From NCBI GenBank assembly GCA_963719085.1, contig CAVRAL010000001.1:320001-384000 (forward strand): 64,000 nucleotides of DNA, written 5' to 3'. Every line of letters begins with the position of its first letter. The first letter of the stretch is position 1. The position numbers were made by a program, and so were the translations under genes. Below the pieces are notes generated by a model. The model did no database searches. It had not been told where the DNA came from and saw only the letters and a list, made by a program, of their open reading frames with translations. Origin of the DNA: a candidate division FCPU426 bacterium. GTDB taxonomy: Bacteria; Oederibacteriota; Muellerivitia; Muellerivitales; Muellerivitaceae. Positions 29,073 through 38,249 of the stretch are shown here, in pieces.

Positions 29073-29150
29073 CATCCGTGTTCATCTGCGCGCGCGCCGC
29101 TCCACCCTCTATGAGCAAAGGGAGAGCGGCGTTGTCCCGGGCATCTGTGG
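29073..29150. repeat. family B right arm, interrupted
   Basis: CATCCGTGTTCATCTGCGCGC[insert]ATCTGTGG. Confidence 0.7.
29094..29142 (-). mobile_element. two-hairpin mini-element, copy 5 (subtype II, first hairpin deleted)
   Basis: minus strand GCCCGGGACAACGCCGCTC...GAGCGGCGC inserted after CAGAT. Confidence 0.7.
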
Positions 29151-29211
29151 CAAAACCTGTTTTGGCGTTGTTTTTTTCCTCTTTAAAGACTTACCCAATT
29201 TGCGCTTTCGG

Positions 29212-29230
29212 ATTACCCCTTTTGGGTAAT
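29212..29230. promoter_or_regulatory. putative enhancer (UAS) for the NtrC-like activator
   Basis: ATTACCC-N5-GGGTAAT palindrome about 70 bp upstream of the sigma-54 site; extra TTACCC half-sites at 29191 and 29261. Confidence 0.55.
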
Positions 29231-29297
29231 TTTGAGAAGTGGTTTCCCCTCCCAGGCTTTTTACCCTTTTATTTTATCGTTTTTCCTTGGTTTTTTT

Positions 29298-29312
29298 TGG
29301 CACAAGGATTGC
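29298..29312 (+). promoter_or_regulatory. sigma-54 (-24/-12) promoter
   Basis: TGGCAC-AAGGA-TTGC exact consensus spacing, directly downstream of an NtrC-family gene. Confidence 0.85.
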
Positions 29313-29370
29313 CTTTTATTTGTCCATGGCGATCGCGAATCCAACCATTCCAACTTCCAGGAGAAAACCG

Positions 29371-29856
29371 ATGTCCTCCGATCCGTTTCAATCCTTTTCT
29401 TCCATCACCGGACGGGACCTTTTCGGAATTTTTCAAAAGGTCCTGTCGGAGACGGCGGATTTAGCCTGTGAATCCATCGGGGAACCGGTGGAGGGGCCTT
29501 CGGTCATGTCGCTGGAAAGAAGCGTTAAGTTGGAGGGGCCGATCCGCGCGCTGGTGGTCCTGCGGGCCCACCGCAAATTGGGCGGCATGCTTTTGGAAAA
29601 ATCCAGCAACGGCAACGGACACTCGGACTCCCGGGAAGCGTCTTTTGATTACCTGGTCCGGCTTTATTGCGAGCGCTTGGTCCAGGCTTATGGGTCCTTG
29701 CGGGACTTCGCGCCCCTGACCACCCGGATCAGCGGTCCCCAGCTTTGGGCGGCCCGCGAGCCCTTGGCGGGCTGCGCCTTGTTGGTGGAGATGTATCCGG
29801 TGGAGATAAGATTTTGGATGGAGGGTGAATTAATCGGCAAGGGGGAAAATTTTTGA
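29371..29856 (+). CDS. CheX-like protein (degenerate)
   Basis: RBS AGGAG; size and beta-beta-helix pattern (SVKLEGPIRALVVL) resemble CheX but ExxN motif absent. Confidence 0.5.
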   Translation: MSSDPFQSFSSITGRDLFGIFQKVLSETADLACESIGEPVEGPSVMSLERSVKLEGPIRALVVLRAHRKLGGMLLEKSSNGNGHSDSREASFDYLVRLYCERLVQAYGSLRDFAPLTTRISGPQLWAAREPLAGCALLVEMYPVEIRFWMEGELIGKGENF

Positions 29857-30191
29857 GCGAGGAATTGGAGTCTCTTAAAAAGGATTTAAACCGGGAATTG
29901 GCGGGGCTTGCGGGCCGCCTGACACTGGCCGGCGCCAGGGAGACCCGGGAAGTTTTGAACTGCGGGTTGGAATTGGAAAGCTGGTTGTCCCGGGCCCAGG
30001 CCCTGGGCGGCGCCTGGCAATCGGAGACGGTTTCCCGGGTGATCGCGGTCAACGCGGGAATCAGCGCCGGGCACTCGCTGGTCAACGCCACGGACCGGTT
30101 GATGCGCCTGATCATCCGGGCTTCCGAGCATTTGAATCAATTCGCCGAGAATGGGGAAGCGCTTTTGAGCGAGTGCGCGGCCAACTCCTGA
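29853..30191 (+). CDS. small helical hypothetical protein
   Basis: TTG start overlapping the upstream stop; operonic. Confidence 0.6.
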   Translation: MSEELESLKKDLNRELAGLAGRLTLAGARETREVLNCGLELESWLSRAQALGGAWQSETVSRVIAVNAGISAGHSLVNATDRLMRLIIRASEHLNQFAENGEALLSECAANS

Positions 30192-30198
30192 GGAAAAA

Positions 30199-30975
30199 AT
30201 GATGGAACCCAAAACCCTGAAGGCGCTCATCGTGGATGTCCGGCCTCAAACCCGGCGCCAGACCGCGGATAAACTGCGGGAGCTGGGTTTTGACGTGGTG
30301 GAAACCGAATCGGCGGGATCCCTCCCCGGGATTTTAGCCAGCCACCGGCCGGATTTGGTGATCACGGCTTGGGACATTCCCGGGTTGAAGGGTTTGAAAC
30401 TTTTGGACCAATTGGGGCCCCGGGAGCGGGATGTTTATCTCTTTACGGAAGAGCCGCTGGAAGATTACCGGGATTTATTGCATCGCACCAGTGTGAAAGC
30501 CTGGTTTCACATGACTGAGAGGGTGGAACTTATGGAGAACGTCAAAGAAATGATGGGAAGCCAACAAGACAGCCGGAGGGGCGCGGGCCCTTTCGGGAGA
30601 AAAATAGTTTTACTGATTGAGCCCTTCGTCGACTTGCGCGATTTTTTAAAATTGACGCTGCTTCGGGCTTTGCCCCAAGCTTTCGTGCGCGAAGCCGTGG
30701 AGGGAAGCCAGGTGCTTTCGGAGCTCACCCACAACCCCATCGACCTTATTTTTCTGGACCTGGACACGCCGACCCTGGATGGGCGGGCTTTTTTAAAGAT
30801 GGTGCACGGCGATCCGCGCCTTTCGCGAAAACCCATCGTGGTCCTGGCCGGCCGGATCACCCCGGAGCTTTTAAAGGAGTTCCAGCAAGACCGGGCGATT
30901 TGGTTTATCGAGAAGCCGGCGCAAGCCGAGGAAATCAGCGAAGTCATCGGGCGTTTTTTGAGAAGGGATTATTAG
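30199..30975 (+). CDS. tandem receiver-domain response regulator
   Basis: two CheY-like domains (PDLVITAWDIPG, atypical; IDLIFLDLDTP ... IEKP). Confidence 0.8.
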   Translation: MMEPKTLKALIVDVRPQTRRQTADKLRELGFDVVETESAGSLPGILASHRPDLVITAWDIPGLKGLKLLDQLGPRERDVYLFTEEPLEDYRDLLHRTSVKAWFHMTERVELMENVKEMMGSQQDSRRGAGPFGRKIVLLIEPFVDLRDFLKLTLLRALPQAFVREAVEGSQVLSELTHNPIDLIFLDLDTPTLDGRAFLKMVHGDPRLSRKPIVVLAGRITPELLKEFQQDRAIWFIEKPAQAEEISEVIGRFLRRDY

Positions 30976-30994
30976 ACTTTCAAAAGGCATTTTT

Positions 30995-31148
30995 ACAATG
31001 ATGTCCCGGGTCCCCCTATTGAAGTCAAAGCCGCCCGGGACAATGTCGCTCACCCCTAAACTGTTTTATGCAGAAGCGGCGCGGACGCTGATCAACGCTG
31101 ATAAAAAAACAAGACATTTGGTTCAAACCAATCCGCGTTCATCAATGC
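30995..31148. repeat. palindrome family B, left arm interrupted
   Basis: ACAATGAT[insert]GGACGCTGATCAACGCTGAT ... ATCCGCGTTCATCAATGC. Confidence 0.8.
31003..31082 (+). mobile_element. two-hairpin CGGGACA mini-element, copy 6 (subtype II)
   Basis: GTCCCGGG...CCCGGGACAATGTCGCT...AGCGGCGC. Confidence 0.85.
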
Positions 31149-31175
31149 GGATAGATTTACAGGAATCGCTTAGCC

Positions 31176-32168
31176 TTAATCGACCGGGAGTTCTTTCACG
31201 AATTCCTGGTTCAAGTAAATCTCCGCCGCCGCTTTTCCGCTGACCGTCACTCCCACTTCCACGTGATCTTTCGGCGACTCCATTTTGTTATAAACCGTGC
31301 GGGTTCCCGTGCTGTCAAATACGTCGATTTGCAGGCGGCGGGGATTTCCCTCGGGCATATCGTATTGAAGCGTCACGTAGCGCGCCTTCTGGTCCGCGGC
31401 GTCGCTGCTTTTGGCGCTGACGGTAAAAGTCACCTGGTCCTTTTCCTGGAGCTTGGTCCCCGCGGGGGGCGTTTGAACCAAGACGGTCTCCGAATCCAAG
31501 TCGTCATGCACCTCGCTCTTAATCTTTTGGATGGTGATGCCGGCCGGGCGCAAAAGTTTAAAGGCGTTTTCCAGGGATTTGTTCTTCAGGTCGGGCATGA
31601 CGAAAAAGGCCTGGTTGGGCCCGGCGGACACCAAAAGATTCACGGCGGTGAAAGCTTCCACGTTCGTTCCGGTTTCCGGGGTTTGGGCCAAGACCATGTC
31701 CTTGGCGTCGACCGCGGAATAAAGCAGGGATTCCTTCCCGATGCGCAGGCGGTTGGAGGCGAGTAAAATTTGGGCGTCTTGATACGACAGGCCCAGCACG
31801 GAGGGGATGGCCACTTTCGGGTTGCCCTTGCTTAAAACCGCCTGCACGACCTGGCCGCGGCGCATGTAGGTGTTGGGGGGCGGGGATTGCATCATGAAAA
31901 GTCCCGCGGGCACATGCTCGTCATATTGGGATTTGGTCACGGTCAGTTTGAGGGCTTTGGCCGACAAGGCCCGCCGGGCCTGGTCCGGATCCATGCCGAT
32001 GATTTTGGGGACGATCATGGGCTGGTGAAGCTCGGTCAGGTGCATGGTGAGGGCCCCGCAAAAAAAGGCCATCAGGCAAAAACTGCCCAGCAGGGTGAAG
32101 GCCCGTTTGAAAAGCTTTTTTTCCTTGGGCGTCATCGTGGCGGTTATTTTTTCAAGCCAGGGGAACAT
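31176..32168 (-). CDS. PASTA domain-containing membrane protein (3 PASTA)
   Basis: N-terminal TM; VPKIIG, IPSVLG, MPDLKN repeats with Q.P..GT. Confidence 0.9.
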   Translation of the reverse strand: MFPWLEKITATMTPKEKKLFKRAFTLLGSFCLMAFFCGALTMHLTELHQPMIVPKIIGMDPDQARRALSAKALKLTVTKSQYDEHVPAGLFMMQSPPPNTYMRRGQVVQAVLSKGNPKVAIPSVLGLSYQDAQILLASNRLRIGKESLLYSAVDAKDMVLAQTPETGTNVEAFTAVNLLVSAGPNQAFFVMPDLKNKSLENAFKLLRPAGITIQKIKSEVHDDLDSETVLVQTPPAGTKLQEKDQVTFTVSAKSSDAADQKARYVTLQYDMPEGNPRRLQIDVFDSTGTRTVYNKMESPKDHVEVGVTVSGKAAAEIYLNQEFVKELPVD

Positions 32169-33268
32169 TAAAGCCCTTTCGCTAAGTTTTCGGCCCCGGC
32201 CGGGGCGGTTTGCTCAAAGCCCAGCTGGCCGCAGGCGGCCGCGATATCCACGCCTTTTCTTTCCCGCAGGAAAACCTGCATGCCCCGGTTTTTTAGGTCG
32301 GCGCGGAAGAGGTTGACCCGGTCCTCGCTGGGCGCGTCAAAAGGAAGGGTGGGAACCGGGTTATACCGGATCAAGTTGATCTTACAAAGCAGGTCCTTAC
32401 AAAAGGCCTCGAGCTTTGCGGCGTCCTCGGGCCGGTCGTTCACGTCCTTTAAAAGGATGTATTCCAGGGTGATCGGCAAGCGGCGCTTGTAGGTGAAGTC
32501 CCGCATCAGCTTGCGCAATTGGTCCAGCGGGTTGGAGCGGTTGACCGGCATCAGGCGGCTCCTGATTTCAGGGTCGGCGGAGTGCAGGGACACCGCCAGC
32601 GAAACGGGCCAGTCATCTTTAATGAAGCGTTTGAGGTTTTCCAAAAGCCCGGAGGTGGAGACCGTGATGCGGCGGCGGCCCAAGTTGAGGCCCTGGGGAT
32701 CATTGAGGATGCGCATGGCCTTTTCGGTGGGTTCATAGTTATCCATGGGTTCGCCCATGCCCATGACCACCACGTTGTTGAAATGGGTGCCCGAGTCTTT
32801 TTCCATTCCCAAAATCTGGCCTAAAATCTCGGCGGTGGTCAGGTTGCGGACGAATTTGGGGACTCCGGTGGCGCAAAAGGTGCATTTCATCCGGCAGCCG
32901 GCCTGGGTGGACAGGCAAGCCGTGTGGCGGGTGGCCCGGCCGTCATCGTCCCGAGACATGGGGATGAGCACGCTTTCCACGAGCGCGGTTTGTCCCTTGG
33001 CGTCCGGCGTAAGTTCCCAGAGGTATTTCGCCGTGCCGTCTTGGGAAACCTGTTTGGTGTGAAGCTTCAAGGGCGTGAGGGAAGCGCCGGCGGCGAGTTT
33101 TTCCCGCACCGCGGCGGACAAGTCGGTCATCTCCTCAAAATGCTGGGCCCTTTTTTGATAAATCCATTGGAAGACCTGTTTGGAGGTGTAACGGGGAACA
33201 TCCCAGCCTTCAAAAAAAGCCGCGAGTTCGGGCTGCGTGAAATTGTGAAGATGGACCAATTCGGGCAA
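32168..33268 (-). CDS. rlmN: 23S rRNA (adenine2503-C2)/tRNA methyltransferase RlmN
   Basis: CRMKCTFCATG radical SAM motif, MGMGEP, DIAAACGQL. Confidence 0.95.
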   Translation of the reverse strand: MPELVHLHNFTQPELAAFFEGWDVPRYTSKQVFQWIYQKRAQHFEEMTDLSAAVREKLAAGASLTPLKLHTKQVSQDGTAKYLWELTPDAKGQTALVESVLIPMSRDDDGRATRHTACLSTQAGCRMKCTFCATGVPKFVRNLTTAEILGQILGMEKDSGTHFNNVVVMGMGEPMDNYEPTEKAMRILNDPQGLNLGRRRITVSTSGLLENLKRFIKDDWPVSLAVSLHSADPEIRSRLMPVNRSNPLDQLRKLMRDFTYKRRLPITLEYILLKDVNDRPEDAAKLEAFCKDLLCKINLIRYNPVPTLPFDAPSEDRVNLFRADLKNRGMQVFLRERKGVDIAAACGQLGFEQTAPAGAENLAKGL

Positions 33269-33446
33269 GCGGATGTCCTCCTTTTAAAGTGAGCGTAATT
33301 TTAAGACGAGAATCCGTAAATAGAAAGCGCCGCCTCGGGTCTTTTAAACCCGGCCAAACAAAACTTGCCAAACCCGGAGGCAGGTTGTTAAATACCAGGG
33401 ATTTTGGCCCTGGTGGCCCCACCCTTACCCCATCAAAGGAAACCTC

Positions 33447-34322
33447 ATGCCGAACCTATTGAAGCTTGGATTGCCCAAAGGAAGCCTTCAGGAATCCACT
33501 TTCCATCTTTTTTCCAAAGCCGGTTATAAAATCTCCTCCACTTCCCGGTCCTATTTCCCCAATATCGACGATGCCGAGATCAAGGCCATGCTGATCCGCG
33601 CCCAGGAAATGAGCCGTTACGTCGAGGACGGCACCTTGGATGTGGGCATGACGGGCCGGGACTGGGTCCAAGAAAACGGATCCGACGTGGTCGAGATCGC
33701 GGAGCTTATTTACGCCAAGCAGGGCCTTCGGCCCGTGCGTTGGGTTTTGGCCGCGCCGGCGGGCTCCGCCATCAAGTCGGTCAAGGATTTACAAGGCAAA
33801 AAGATCGCCACCGAACTGGTGAATGTCTCGAAGGCCTACCTGAAAAAGAACGGGGTCGCGGCCAATGTGGAATTTTCCTGGGGAGCCACCGAGGCCAAGC
33901 CGCCGGAGCTGGCGGACGCCATCATCGAGGTCACCGAAACCGGATCCTCTTTGCGGGCCAACAACCTGGTGATTTTGGAAACCATCATGGAATCCAACAC
34001 GGTTGTGATCGTGAATAAGTCGGCTTGGGAAGACCCTTGGAAGAAAAAGAAAATCCAGGATATGGTCCTGATGCTCAAGGGCGCTTTGGCGGCGGAAGAG
34101 AAGGTGGGGCTTAAAATGAACGTGCCGCGCAAGAGCCTGGAGGCGGTTTTGAAGGTTTTGCCCGCGCTGAATTCGCCCACCATCATGGAGTTGAACGATA
34201 AAGACTGGGTGGACGTGGATACGATCGTCGACGAGAAAATCGTCCGTCAAATCGCCCCGAAGCTAAAAGATGCTGGCGCCGAGGGGATTGTGGAGTATCC
34301 TTTAAATAAAGTGATTCCCTGA
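33447..34322 (+). CDS. hisG: ATP phosphoribosyltransferase (long form)
   Basis: [24 protein letters not shown]-terminal regulatory domain. Confidence 0.95.
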   Translation: MPNLLKLGLPKGSLQESTFHLFSKAGYKISSTSRSYFPNIDDAEIKAMLIRAQEMSRYVEDGTLDVGMTGRDWVQENGSDVVEIAELIYAKQGLRPVRWVLAAPAGSAIKSVKDLQGKKIATELVNVSKAYLKKNGVAANVEFSWGATEAKPPELADAIIEVTETGSSLRANNLVILETIMESNTVVIVNKSAWEDPWKKKKIQDMVLMLKGALAAEEKVGLKMNVPRKSLEAVLKVLPALNSPTIMELNDKDWVDVDTIVDEKIVRQIAPKLKDAGAEGIVEYPLNKVIP

Positions 34323-34338
34323 CCAAAGCGAAAGACCT

Positions 34339-34839
34339 ATGCCGAGTCCTTCCGATCTAAATAAAGAAGCCGTCGAACTTTACCGGGCCCAAGATTTCAG
34401 CGGCGCCGAGGAACTTTATCGGGAAGCGCTGAAACAGGACGCTTCCTATTTTCCCTCCCAGTTAAACCTTGGCATCCTTCTTTTTAAATCCGGCCGTTAT
34501 GACGAGGCGATTAAAGAGTGCACCAAAGCCGTTTCCTTAAAATCCGACAACCCTTCCGCCCATTTCCATTTGGGCAACGCCTATTACGCCAAGATGTGGT
34601 GGGAAGAGGCGTTGGTGGAGTATGAGCGGGTTTTCACCTTGGATCCCCAGCATATTGACGTTCATTTCGCGCTGGGCGGCATTTATCTCAACCGCGGCCA
34701 TAAAGAAAAAGCCGTGGAATGCTGGCAAAAATATTTGGCCATCGCTCCCACGGACTCCCCCAAGGCCAAGCTGGCCGAGGAATACGTGAAGGGCGCCGTC
34801 GCCAACCAGGTCCACATCGGAAAGTACATCGCCGAATAA
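34339..34839 (+). CDS. TPR protein
   Basis: four TPR motifs. Confidence 0.85.
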   Translation: MPSPSDLNKEAVELYRAQDFSGAEELYREALKQDASYFPSQLNLGILLFKSGRYDEAIKECTKAVSLKSDNPSAHFHLGNAYYAKMWWEEALVEYERVFTLDPQHIDVHFALGGIYLNRGHKEKAVECWQKYLAIAPTDSPKAKLAEEYVKGAVANQVHIGKYIAE

Positions 34840-34860
34840 GCTGGTCTCCACCAAAACCAA

Positions 34861-35024
34861 CTGCTCACGCAAAGACGCTAAGACGCCAAGGAAACATTGA
34901 GAATTAAATGATTTTTTGAGAGTCTATTCTTGTTGTTGGCGGCTTAGCCGTTTTGAAAACCGTCTCTTTCATTCTGCTTAAAAGATTTGCCTTCCTTTGC
35001 GTCTTAGCGTCTTTGTGTGAGCGG
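34861..35024. repeat. palindrome family A variant (empty)
   Basis: GCTCACGCAAAGACGCTAAGACGCCAAGG ... CCTTTGCGTCTTAGCGTCTTTGTGTGAGC. Confidence 0.9.
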
Positions 35025-35123
35025 TTTGTGTTGGTTAAGTTTTTCGAGTAGCCGGGTTGCTTTTCCCCTTCGGTTTTCTTAAGTTCACAAGGATTTAACA
35101 CTCTTCATTCCCTCAGGAGCCTT

Positions 35124-35828
35124 ATGCGGTTCGCGGTGATCTTGCCGGTTTATAACGAGGAAGCGACCCTCGAAAAAGTCCTCAAACAAGTCTTCGAATA
35201 TAAAGAAGCCGACGTGGTGGTAGTGGACGACGGTTCGGTGGACCGCACCCCCAAAATCCTCAAAAGTCTTCCGGTCAAGGCGGTGATCCGCCATCCCCAA
35301 AATCTTGGCTACGGCCAGACCCTGATCGACGGTTTCCGATTCGCGATCGAAAATAATTACCAACATTGCGTCACCATGGACGCGGATGACCAGCATGAGC
35401 CGGGGTTTATCAGCTGCTTTCTGGAGAAGCTGGACAAATTCGACATCGTTTCGGGCAGCCGCTATTTGGACCCCTTGCTGGCGGGGGACCATCCTCCGGC
35501 GGACCGTTTGGAGGTGAACCGCCTGGTCACCCAGAAGGTGCGGGAGCTGACCGGCTATCCCTTGACGGATAGTTTTTGCGGTTTTAAGGGCTACCGGGTG
35601 GAAGGTTTGAAAAAGATGAAGCTCACCGAGACCAATTATGGGTTTCCCCTGCAGGTTTGGATGCAGGCCGCCCGGCTGGGGTTGAAAGTCACCGAGTGTG
35701 CCGTGCCCCTCATTTACCTGGATCCCAAGCGGAATTTTAATAATCAATTCACGGGCCAAGACGAGCGTTTAAAGCACTATTTCGCTGTATTGGAACGTGA
35801 AAAAAAGTTATGGGACCAAAACGCTTAA
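35124..35828 (+). CDS. family 2 glycosyltransferase (DPM-synthase-like)
   Basis: ILPVYNEE, VVDDGSVD, MDADDQH, DSFCGFKGYR. Confidence 0.9.
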   Translation: MRFAVILPVYNEEATLEKVLKQVFEYKEADVVVVDDGSVDRTPKILKSLPVKAVIRHPQNLGYGQTLIDGFRFAIENNYQHCVTMDADDQHEPGFISCFLEKLDKFDIVSGSRYLDPLLAGDHPPADRLEVNRLVTQKVRELTGYPLTDSFCGFKGYRVEGLKKMKLTETNYGFPLQVWMQAARLGLKVTECAVPLIYLDPKRNFNNQFTGQDERLKHYFAVLEREKKLWDQNA

Positions 35829-35926
35829 CCCTTCCCGGCATTTTCAGAGTTTTTTAATCGGCCGATTCCGTTATCATCTGAAGGTTGCCTTGAAACGTTT
35901 TTTCGTTCCCATTTCAGGAGGTGGTC

Positions 35927-37513
35927 ATGGCCGATTCCGCGAACCCCGTTCCTCTGCGCCACGGCGAGTTTTATTTTGAGCCGGCCTTGGGACAGTGGAA
36001 GGACCAGATCCTCCGGAATCGCGAGCGGCTTTCCAAGGAAACCTTTTGGGGCCAGAGCCCCTTGAAGGTCCGCGCCGCGATGAAGATTCCCGCCGACCGT
36101 CCCGTTGTCATGACCGGCCATCAGCCGGTTTTTTTCCATCCCGGCCTTTGGGCGAAAAGCCTGGCGGCCAGCGTGATGGCCCAAGCGGTGGGCGGGGTGG
36201 CTTGCCAAAAATTAACCGATACGGCCATGCCCTTGGAGACCCTGCATTACCTTCCTGAGGTGGAAGAGGGCGGCCAATCCCGCCGCCGGCCCCTTGAGTT
36301 TTTCACCTCCAAAGAAGGCCAAGAGCTGGTGAAAACAATGCCTTACGCTTTTTTAGGCGTTCCGGAAAAGGCGGCCCTTCAAAAAATATTGGAGGAAGGC
36401 AAGCTCAACGCCCCCGCGGACGTCCGGGAAAACCTGAAATTTTACGAGGACCGGCTGATGGCGGGGCTTCGGGAATGTAAAACTTGGGACGAGTATCATA
36501 TTTACACCCTGCGGATTCTGGATGAGCTTTCCGGAACCCAGCGGCTTTATTTCCAGGGAAGCAAATTTTGGAGTATGGAGCCCTTCCAGGAATTCGTCGC
36601 CTATTGGCTGATGAACCTGCCGGCCATGACGGACGCCTATAACCACTCGCTGATCGAATACCGGGCCCAGCACCAGATCAAACATGAACTGACGCCCTTG
36701 CCCAACTTGAAGTTCGAGGATTGGTGGTTCGAGCTTCCTTTCTGGGGCCTGAACAAATATCACCAGCGCCATTCGCTTTGGGCCAAGACCGACGGGGACC
36801 GCATGATCCTTCGCATGAAGGGAAGCGACGGCAATTATTCCATCTCTACCAAGGATTTTGTACGCGAACTCAAGGCCCTGCCCATCCAGTTTTGGCCCAA
36901 GGCCCTGACCCAAACGCTTTTTTGCCGGCTTTATCTTTGCGATTATTTCATCCATGGGGTGGGCGGCGGGATTTACGAGCAGGTGAACAACCTCTTATGG
37001 GAAAAGGTCTTCAAGTCGAAGGCGGCCGAGTTGGGCGTGGTGACCGCCACCTGGCGGGTCGATCCGGCCCAGAGCGCCAAGATCGACGAGATTGTCCGGC
37101 ACGAGGAACGAATCCTTTTTTGGGAAAGGGCGCTGGCCAAAAATCCCGAGTATCTATTCACCCGGGCGGAAGCTTGGGAAAAGGAACTGCCCGAGTTCAT
37201 CCGGAAAGAATTTGCCCTGGCTTTCGAGAATCCGGTTTTGAAAAACCTGGCGGTGGAAAAAACCCAGTGCGTGGAAAACCTCAAGGATCCCAATAAAAAA
37301 GCCGCCGCGTCCAAACGCATCGGGGAGATCAACAAGCTCTTAAGCGACAATACCACCGCGGTTTTGAAGGCTTTGGAAAAGGGCCTGATGGATATTGAGA
37401 AACTTAAAAAAGTCCAGGAAACGATTTCGTTCCGGGAATATCCTTTCTTCGTCCACTCGCCGAAGATTTTCCCCGAGATGAAAAGGATGATTGAGGAAGG
37501 CATGAAGCTTTAA
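35927..37513 (+). CDS. hypothetical protein, possible BshC-like (Rossmann/HUP) ligase
   Basis: VMTGHQP..FHPGLWAK and FIHGVGGGIY motifs, coiled coil, REYPF tail; RBS AGGAGG. Confidence 0.55.
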   Translation: MADSANPVPLRHGEFYFEPALGQWKDQILRNRERLSKETFWGQSPLKVRAAMKIPADRPVVMTGHQPVFFHPGLWAKSLAASVMAQAVGGVACQKLTDTAMPLETLHYLPEVEEGGQSRRRPLEFFTSKEGQELVKTMPYAFLGVPEKAALQKILEEGKLNAPADVRENLKFYEDRLMAGLRECKTWDEYHIYTLRILDELSGTQRLYFQGSKFWSMEPFQEFVAYWLMNLPAMTDAYNHSLIEYRAQHQIKHELTPLPNLKFEDWWFELPFWGLNKYHQRHSLWAKTDGDRMILRMKGSDGNYSISTKDFVRELKALPIQFWPKALTQTLFCRLYLCDYFIHGVGGGIYEQVNNLLWEKVFKSKAAELGVVTATWRVDPAQSAKIDEIVRHEERILFWERALAKNPEYLFTRAEAWEKELPEFIRKEFALAFENPVLKNLAVEKTQCVENLKDPNKKAAASKRIGEINKLLSDNTTAVLKALEKGLMDIEKLKKVQETISFREYPFFVHSPKIFPEMKRMIEEGMKL

Positions 37514-37541
37514 TCGATATGCTAAAGAAAAACTGAATTTT

Positions 37542-37626
37542 ACAATGATGAACGCAGATGAAAACAGATTTTCAAAAAATTAAGGCTTATCTATTTTCAT
37601 CAGCGTCCATCTGCGTTCATCATTGT
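37542..37626. repeat. palindrome family B (empty reference copy)
   Basis: ACAATGATGAACGCAGATG ... CATCTGCGTTCATCATTGT perfect 19-bp arms. Confidence 0.9.
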
Positions 37627-37679
37627 TCCAATAGTTGTTATTCTTGTTGCGGATTCTGATTTTTGTTAAAGGATTTTTT

Positions 37680-38129
37680 ATGGAACAACCAACCTTGCAA
37701 ATTGAGATCCTGCCGGGCAATGAGGATTTGGGATTGCCCGCTTACGCCACCGAAGGCGCCGCCGGGCTTGACCTGAAGGCCGCTTTGAAAGAACCCCTGG
37801 TTTTGAAGGCGGGGGAGCGTACCATGGTCGCGACCGGTTTGAAGATGGCGATTCCCGTAGGGTTCGAGGGCTGTGTGCGGCCCCGCAGCGGTTTGGCCGC
37901 CAAGCACGGCGTGACGCTGACCAACTCGCCCGGCACGGTGGACGCTGATTACCGGGGCGAGGTGAAGGTGTTGCTCGTCAACTTAGGCAAGGAAGACGTG
38001 ACCTTAAACCGGGGCGATCGGATCGCCCAAATGCTCATTACGCCGGTGGCCCACGCCAAGGTGGTCCAGGTGGCATCGCTCGATGAAACACTCCGGGGCG
38101 CCGGGGGATTTGGACACACGGGACGCTGA
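37680..38129 (+). CDS. dut: dUTP diphosphatase
   Basis: AAGLDL, RPRSGLA, PGTVDADYRGE, RIAQ, RGAGGFGHTG. Confidence 0.97.
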   Translation: MEQPTLQIEILPGNEDLGLPAYATEGAAGLDLKAALKEPLVLKAGERTMVATGLKMAIPVGFEGCVRPRSGLAAKHGVTLTNSPGTVDADYRGEVKVLLVNLGKEDVTLNRGDRIAQMLITPVAHAKVVQVASLDETLRGAGGFGHTGR

Positions 38130-38140
38130 AAACCCAAAAC

Positions 38141-38237
38141 AAGTTTTGAATTTTGAGTTTTAAGTTTTGGCGTGTTTTTGTGCCATGGGCTCAAAAACGT
38201 CTTTAACTTAAAACCTAAAACTTAGAACTTAAAACTT
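38141..38237. repeat. palindrome of tandem heptamers (RAGTTTT)n / (AAACTTA)n
   Basis: four heptamers, an inner hairpin, then about five complementary heptamers. Confidence 0.85.
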
Positions 38238-38249
38238 TTGTGAGGTCTT

